IMG/VR virus record: IMGVR_UViG_3300010376_000104
Span: 1-28,476 of that record
DNA from: a virus
Taxonomy: Duplodnaviria; Caudoviricetes
Length of the DNA: 28,476 nt
Reading direction: 5' to 3' (one strand)
Part shown: positions 23,948 to 28,476 of the stretch, one piece after another
How positions within the stretch are numbered: position 1 is the first letter of the stretch
Layout: every line of letters begins with the position of its first letter
The notes under the pieces: model-generated
Seen by the model: the letters and a program-made list of their open reading frames with translations, nothing else
Told to the model about the DNA's origin: nothing
Databases searched by the model: none
Position numbers and translations under genes: made by a program

Positions 23948-25014
23948 TGGCTACATACGACGCACGCCCAAGCGCATTCACCCAGCTGTCGACAACGGCC
24001 GACTGGGAGAGCTTTATGAGTTCGGCCGGTATCTGGGATGGAGTAGACGGCTCCGGTAGCTTCACACCGTCGCTCGATACTCCAGGCCGGAATGCTGTCA
24101 TCGGCGCAGGCCAGGGAATTATCAAAGGCCAGCTATGGCGCTGTGACGCGAGCGTGTCAACGGCCATTCCCGCTGCGTCGGCACAGAACCGGTTGGACCG
24201 TCTGGTACTCCGGCTCAACCGTGGCGCGACTTCCTCTCCGAACGTAGTCATCCCAACGGTGATTACAGGTACACCCTCCGGCTCGCCTACCCTCCCACCG
24301 CTCCAGCAGACGCCCACCGGGCTCTATGACGTCCCGATCAGCTACTGGACTTCCACGAGCGCCGGAGCGATAACCGGCCTTATAGACCAAAGGCAGTACG
24401 CTGGCCGATCCGTTATCAGCATGCTATCGACGGCACGGCCTACTCCGGCGAATCCTGTTCTGGGAATTGAGACGGATACCGGCTACGCGCTCGCGTTCCA
24501 GAACAACGTCTGGACTTACCTTCCATACCAGCAGGCCGTTCAGGGTGGTAACACGAACAACACCACTTCTATGAACGCCATGCACGCGGCATTCCCGATA
24601 CCGGCTAACGACGCAAAGACGGCTACCTGGTACCGGCTAAAGGCAGGCGGCCACGGAACGCAGGCAGCCACAACGGCCGTTAACCTCAACTTCCAGCTAT
24701 TCGCATTCGGCAATAACTGGGGCACTAGCTCCGACTCCGGTAACATTCCTGCGGGTGCAGGATTCCACTGGGAATTTGAAGGCACGCTTATAGTCGCCGG
24801 TGCTAACGGAGCGGCCTCATTCTTCGGCAAGATGTCAATAAGCCAGACAGTCGCGAACGCGCCATTCCGGGTAATAGCTATGGACTCGCAGGTAGCATCC
24901 GGAACAAACATGGCCGCGACGAATGCCGTTATGCAGGCAAGCTGGGCGTCCGTTACCAACGCGCCTACTCTCGTCTGCACCGGCGCTACCTGGGAGCGCG
25001 GTGGCGTTATATGA
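23947..25014 (+). CDS. Minor tail / receptor-binding protein
   Basis: G..II.G ... N.R.DRLVLRL ... P.LQQ...G.YDVP ... DQR N-terminal baseplate-type domain and beta-rich C-terminus. Confidence 0.7.
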   Translation: MATYDARPSAFTQLSTTADWESFMSSAGIWDGVDGSGSFTPSLDTPGRNAVIGAGQGIIKGQLWRCDASVSTAIPAASAQNRLDRLVLRLNRGATSSPNVVIPTVITGTPSGSPTLPPLQQTPTGLYDVPISYWTSTSAGAITGLIDQRQYAGRSVISMLSTARPTPANPVLGIETDTGYALAFQNNVWTYLPYQQAVQGGNTNNTTSMNAMHAAFPIPANDAKTATWYRLKAGGHGTQAATTAVNLNFQLFAFGNNWGTSSDSGNIPAGAGFHWEFEGTLIVAGANGAASFFGKMSISQTVANAPFRVIAMDSQVASGTNMAATNAVMQASWASVTNAPTLVCTGATWERGGVI

Positions 25015-25214
25015 GAAAATTCTGGTACGTGGTATTCGCGCTCTCCCTGATAAACTTTGGGATTACGTTTATCCTCGCCGGAGTCCGCGAGGTAACGGCG
25101 CATCAGCTACTTATCGATACCGGCACATGGATGGCCATCGCCGGAATCGCTATCCTAGTATGGATAGCCACCAAGAACGGTAATGGGAGCGGAAATCATA
25201 ATGGAGGAAGGTGA
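25011..25214 (+). CDS. Holin-like membrane protein
   Basis: Two transmembrane segments. Located upstream of the lysins. Confidence 0.6.
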   Translation: MRKFWYVVFALSLINFGITFILAGVREVTAHQLLIDTGTWMAIAGIAILVWIATKNGNGSGNHNGGR

Positions 25215-25470
25215 GACGGTCTTGATAGATGACATCGTGGATTTCTTCCGGAGGCTGTTCGGCCTGAAACGGCTAGTCCGGAACGGAGGCACCTACACCA
25301 TAGATGACGAGCGTGCGGGCAGGATCCAGCGCGTAGAGCCGGAGCCGCGCCGCGACCCACCTCCGGAGGATTCGCGAGGCGAGCCCTGGCTCTGGCCGGA
25401 TGATGCCGCACACCCGCATCGGCCTCGCGGCTGGCGCACCGATGGCGACTATTACGGAGGCAAACGATGA
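25201..25470 (+). CDS. Hypothetical protein in the lysis cassette
   Basis: Fills the gap and has an ATGA overlap with the lysin. Amphipathic IVDFFRRLFGL. Start uncertain. Confidence 0.55.
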   Translation: MEEGETVLIDDIVDFFRRLFGLKRLVRNGGTYTIDDERAGRIQRVEPEPRRDPPPEDSRGEPWLWPDDAAHPHRPRGWRTDGDYYGGKR

Positions 25471-26381
25471 GCCTTGTCCGCCACTGGTACGGCACCAGTA
25501 ATTACAGCTACGGGAATCAGCAAGACATTCTGGTGCTCCATACCACGGAAGGCTGGGGCGAGTCTCCCAATGGAATGTACGACTGCATCAAGTATTTCCA
25601 GGGGAATGTCGGCGCGAGCAGCAACGTCGCAATCGACGGCTTCCACCCAGGCCATATCTGTGAAGGCGTCTCGCGCTCTAATGGGGCCTGGACGCAATGC
25701 GACCAGAACTATCGCGCTATCTCAGCGGAACAATGTGGCTACGCCGCGTGGACTCGCGACTACTGGCTAGGCGCAAAGGAATCGCTCTGCCGGAATGCCG
25801 CTGCGTGGCTCGCGGAAGAATCCATGATAACTGGGATTCCGCTAACGGAGCTTACCAGTAGCAATTCCCGGACGGCTCGCGGCGTAACATACCACATGCG
25901 TCTCGGCTCCGGAGGCTGCGGCCATTCTGACCCAGGGAACGGCTACCCGCTAGATGTCGTGCTCCAATGGGCCAGGGAAATCGCCGGAGGCGGCGCACCG
26001 TCAGTACCGGAAACAGAACCGCTACCAGCAGAAGATGAGGACGAAATGCCATATCTCCACGTACCAGCCCGGAAGCAGATTCCCAACAGCACCGATTACG
26101 AGGCTGCCGTACCAATCCAGTTCAAGCTGGGCGGCTGGCACAACCGTCTCGAAATTGGCGGTGACGCCAGCGGCTGCGGTAACTTCTCTGTCCGCGCCGC
26201 ATTCCACAAGGGCAACAACGTCTGGCGGAACGCCAATGTCTACGTTGACGCCGGCCACAACGCGGTCACCTATACGCCCAAGGATGGCGACCCACCGAAG
26301 GCATTCGAGTTTGACGTGGTGCGTATCGATCGCCTAGATACGACGCAGACGGAAATCATCCTGTTCTTCGGCAAAAAGTAG
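25467..26381 (+). CDS. Endolysin, N-acetylmuramoyl-L-alanine amidase (Amidase_2-like)
   Basis: LVLHTTEG ... AWT...N..AIS.E ... GVTYH ... HSDPG..YP, followed by a Pro/acidic linker and a C-terminal domain. GGAGG RBS. Confidence 0.85.
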   Translation: MSLVRHWYGTSNYSYGNQQDILVLHTTEGWGESPNGMYDCIKYFQGNVGASSNVAIDGFHPGHICEGVSRSNGAWTQCDQNYRAISAEQCGYAAWTRDYWLGAKESLCRNAAAWLAEESMITGIPLTELTSSNSRTARGVTYHMRLGSGGCGHSDPGNGYPLDVVLQWAREIAGGGAPSVPETEPLPAEDEDEMPYLHVPARKQIPNSTDYEAAVPIQFKLGGWHNRLEIGGDASGCGNFSVRAAFHKGNNVWRNANVYVDAGHNAVTYTPKDGDPPKAFEFDVVRIDRLDTTQTEIILFFGKK

Positions 26382-26387
26382 GCAGCC

Positions 26388-27032
26388 ATGCCTATCGTCG
26401 CTATCGGCTATGACTGCTCCTGGGATCCACCAGATCAGGGCTGTATGCGCGGCCAGGGGGCAACCTTTATCGTCCGGTACGGCTCGCGCGACCCATCCAA
26501 GAACCTGACGCAGAGCGAGCTGGATTCCGCGCTCCGCAATATGCTCTCCGTCGCGATAGTCTGGCAGGAAGGCAAGACGCAGATGCTGCGCGGCTATCCC
26601 GGAGGTCAGACGGACGCAGAAGACGCAGACGCATTCGTGCGTGGCCTAGGGCTCGCCGGAATACCCATCTATTTCAGCTGCGACTTTGATCCGGCCTCCG
26701 GCGACTGGGTAAATGTCGACGCATACATGGACGGCGCAAAGTCCATTGTCGGCAAAGGCCGCACCGGAGGCTACGGAGGAAAGCCGTTTATCTCACGGCA
26801 ATTCGACGCAGGCCGTATGACCTGGGGATGGCAGACGTATGCCTGGAGCGGTGGTAGCTGGGACACTCGCGCCCAGCTCCGGCAGGTCCAGAATGAGGTG
26901 ACTCTCTGCGGCGGCAAAATCGACTGGGATGAGGCCTGGTATTCCGATTTCGGCCAATGGCCTCGCCCATCCGCGCCTCCGGTCGCCACAACGGCCGATG
27001 AGGATGACGAGCAGACCATCCATATCAGCTAA
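26388..27032 (+). CDS. Second lysin, GH25-like glycoside hydrolase (DUF1906-like)
   Basis: F.VRY ... KNLT..E ... IVWQ ... G..DA ... PIYFS.DFD ... G.YG ... WQT.AWSGG ... DFGQW. Confidence 0.82.
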   Translation: MPIVAIGYDCSWDPPDQGCMRGQGATFIVRYGSRDPSKNLTQSELDSALRNMLSVAIVWQEGKTQMLRGYPGGQTDAEDADAFVRGLGLAGIPIYFSCDFDPASGDWVNVDAYMDGAKSIVGKGRTGGYGGKPFISRQFDAGRMTWGWQTYAWSGGSWDTRAQLRQVQNEVTLCGGKIDWDEAWYSDFGQWPRPSAPPVATTADEDDEQTIHIS

Positions 27033-27043
27033 CAGGAGGCATC

Positions 27044-27214
27044 ATGCCACGCGTAGTCCTTACCCTTCACGCATTCGACAATCTAGCCGACGCAACACGG
27101 GTGGCCGACGACATCCGGAATCAGGGCTCAGTCTCATACGTCGATAACTCCGGCTCTACCGTTAACGTCACTGTCGGTGACGTCACGGTGGAAGGCGACG
27201 TCAGCAGCCCATGA
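27044..27214 (+). CDS. 56-aa hypothetical protein (not in ORF track)
   Basis: AGGAGG RBS at 27034-27039. MPRVVLTLHAFDNLADATRVADDIRNQG... Stop overlaps the methyltransferase ATG (ATGA). Confidence 0.7.
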   Translation: MPRVVLTLHAFDNLADATRVADDIRNQGSVSYVDNSGSTVNVTVGDVTVEGDVSSP

Positions 27215-27846
27215 CCTACAACCTACAGCAGCTCTGGGATCTAGAGATGGACCAGCTCCGCAAGGAAATGGGAAAGACTCCAGATCCAGAGCTGTGGCGC
27301 TGGAGCCCACTAGACATAGTCGAATACGACCGTATGCTAAACGTCGCATACCACATCGTACTCGATTACAACGTATTCCGGAAGCGCTTCAGCCCTATCA
27401 CGCTCGTGGAGGCCGGTAGCGGAATCGGCACAAAGCTCTACTGGGCCCAGAAGAAATACGGTATGCAGGTCACAGGCTATGAGATAAACAAGGAATACAT
27501 CGAGCGAGCCCGGCAGCTATTCGGAATCGAGACAGAGCAGCGCGACCTCCGTGAGCCGCCATTCCCGGACTGGAAGGCATTCAACATTGTCTACCTCGCG
27601 CGGCCTCTGAAGGAAGATGACGAGGAATGGGCCTGGGAACAGGCCGTCCACGACGCCATGGCTCCGGGCTCCGTCCTGATATCCGGTTTCTCCGCCAAGA
27701 AGCCATACGGCTGGCATTGCCACTACCGGTTCCCATTCCACGGAGTCTGGGTCAAGCCGGCCAGCTCCGCAGTATATGACCAGATGATCAGCCGACAGGC
27801 TCCCCATGACCCGCTAGTCCCGGAGCCCGGTCCAGGCGTACGCTAG
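27211..27846 (+). CDS. Class I SAM-dependent methyltransferase
   Basis: Motif I LVEAGSGIG, motif II VTGYEIN, RDL, FNIVY and M.PGSVLI. Confidence 0.8.
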   Translation: MTYNLQQLWDLEMDQLRKEMGKTPDPELWRWSPLDIVEYDRMLNVAYHIVLDYNVFRKRFSPITLVEAGSGIGTKLYWAQKKYGMQVTGYEINKEYIERARQLFGIETEQRDLREPPFPDWKAFNIVYLARPLKEDDEEWAWEQAVHDAMAPGSVLISGFSAKKPYGWHCHYRFPFHGVWVKPASSAVYDQMISRQAPHDPLVPEPGPGVR

Positions 27847-27882
27847 CCGCGAAAGGTGGTGAGACGGTTCCATCCGACAGGC

Positions 27883-27922
27883 AAAGGCCGTCTGCTTTGG
27901 TGCAACGGAGCGGACGGCCTTT
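27883..27922. terminator. Intrinsic terminator, probably bidirectional
   Basis: AAAGGCCGTC-TGCTT...GAGCG-GACGGCCTTT stem-loop at the end of the late operon. Confidence 0.7.
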
Positions 27923-27993
27923 CGTCTGCCCAAACAACAGGCCCGGAGGCCGTTCCAGGGCTCTCCGGGCCTTCCGGCTCCGCGACGGCAGCC

Positions 27994-28080
27994 GAGACTG
28001 TCTCTGCACGGGCATCAGCCAGCCCGTAACGGCCTAACTAGCCTCCGGACGTACGTCCGGAGGCCGGATCGCTCTCCGTC
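27994..28080 (-). repeat. Dispersed 87-bp element, copy 2, containing a perfect 24-bp palindrome
   Basis: Inverted copy of 13175-13261. Palindrome GCCTCCGGACGTACGTCCGGAGGC at 28041-28064. Confidence 0.8.
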
Positions 28081-28301
28081 CGTTCTAGAGCCTCGCCGGT
28101 GGGCACCGACATGCCCCAGTTCCGGGCGATAGCCTCCAGCAAAGGCCGTTCCTGATCGGTGAGAGTCCGCGAGTAGGCCGGTAGCGGCAGTATCTCTGGC
28201 CGGCCGAATCCAATACTGGTAGCCAGCTCACGCCGCGAGCGCTCGATGTCCCAGTGGTCAGGCACGGTAACGGCAACTAGGAATGCGTGGACCTGGCTCA
28301 T
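28038..28301 (-). CDS. Hypothetical protein
   Basis: GGAGG RBS and ATGA overlap with the upstream ORF. 87 aa. Confidence 0.65.
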   Translation of the reverse strand: MSQVHAFLVAVTVPDHWDIERSRRELATSIGFGRPEILPLPAYSRTLTDQERPLLEAIARNWGMSVPTGEALERTESDPASGRTSGG

Positions 28302-28471
28302 GACGACTTCCTCCGGCCGCGCGGAGCACTGTGGTCGTGATCCGGTTCCTCGCCCGGAAGTATCCGCGCGTGGAGCTGCTTGTGGTACGCGAGCCAGAGC
28401 CGGTAGACATAGTCACTAGAGAACAGCGGGCCATTTAGGCCGCCAAGTTTCTCCGCGTGTCTATTTGTCAT
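28298..28471 (-). CDS. 57-aa hypothetical protein (not in ORF track)
   Basis: MTNRHAEKLGG...RRKSS*. Coupled to the 28301 start. RBS would lie outside the window. Confidence 0.5.
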   Translation of the reverse strand: MTNRHAEKLGGLNGPLFSSDYVYRLWLAYHKQLHARILPGEEPDHDHSAPRGRRKSS

Positions 28472-28476
28472 GTGAA

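Noticed and set aside
27788-28015. 75-aa minus-strand ORF
   Set aside because: No RBS. It runs through the terminator and hairpins and overlaps the methyltransferase gene on the opposite strand.
1-28476. Stop-codon recoding, diversity-generating retroelement, integrase or attP
   Set aside because: All three stop codons end genes normally, and core genes are intact in code 11. No reverse transcriptase, TR/VR pair or recombinase gene is visible.

Overview
This window is a segment of a high-GC, actinobacteriophage-like siphovirus genome. It opens with a primase-polymerase/P-loop replication gene followed by an iteron-plus-AT-rich origin candidate. Next is a short minus-strand accessory operon containing a degenerate HNH gene and a ~200-nt structured intergenic element. 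A packaging HNH, a repeat-rich non-coding packaging region and terS follow, then about six inserted genes, terL and portal. The head module is expanded with small genes. A complete neck and tail module follows (GGGAAAA -1 frameshift, tape measure with an SLT domain), then a holin, two lysins, a SAM-dependent methyltransferase and the end of a convergent operon. The most unusual signals are: (1) a stem-closed ncRNA candidate downstream of a His-to-Arg HNH gene, carrying a perfect 17-nt copy of the origin-region sequence; (2) an 87-bp, three-block element repeated with identical spacing 15 kb apart; (3) phased palindromes and short repeats in the packaging region; (4) several small ORFs missed by the ORF track. 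All functional calls come from motif recognition and synteny. No database search was run.
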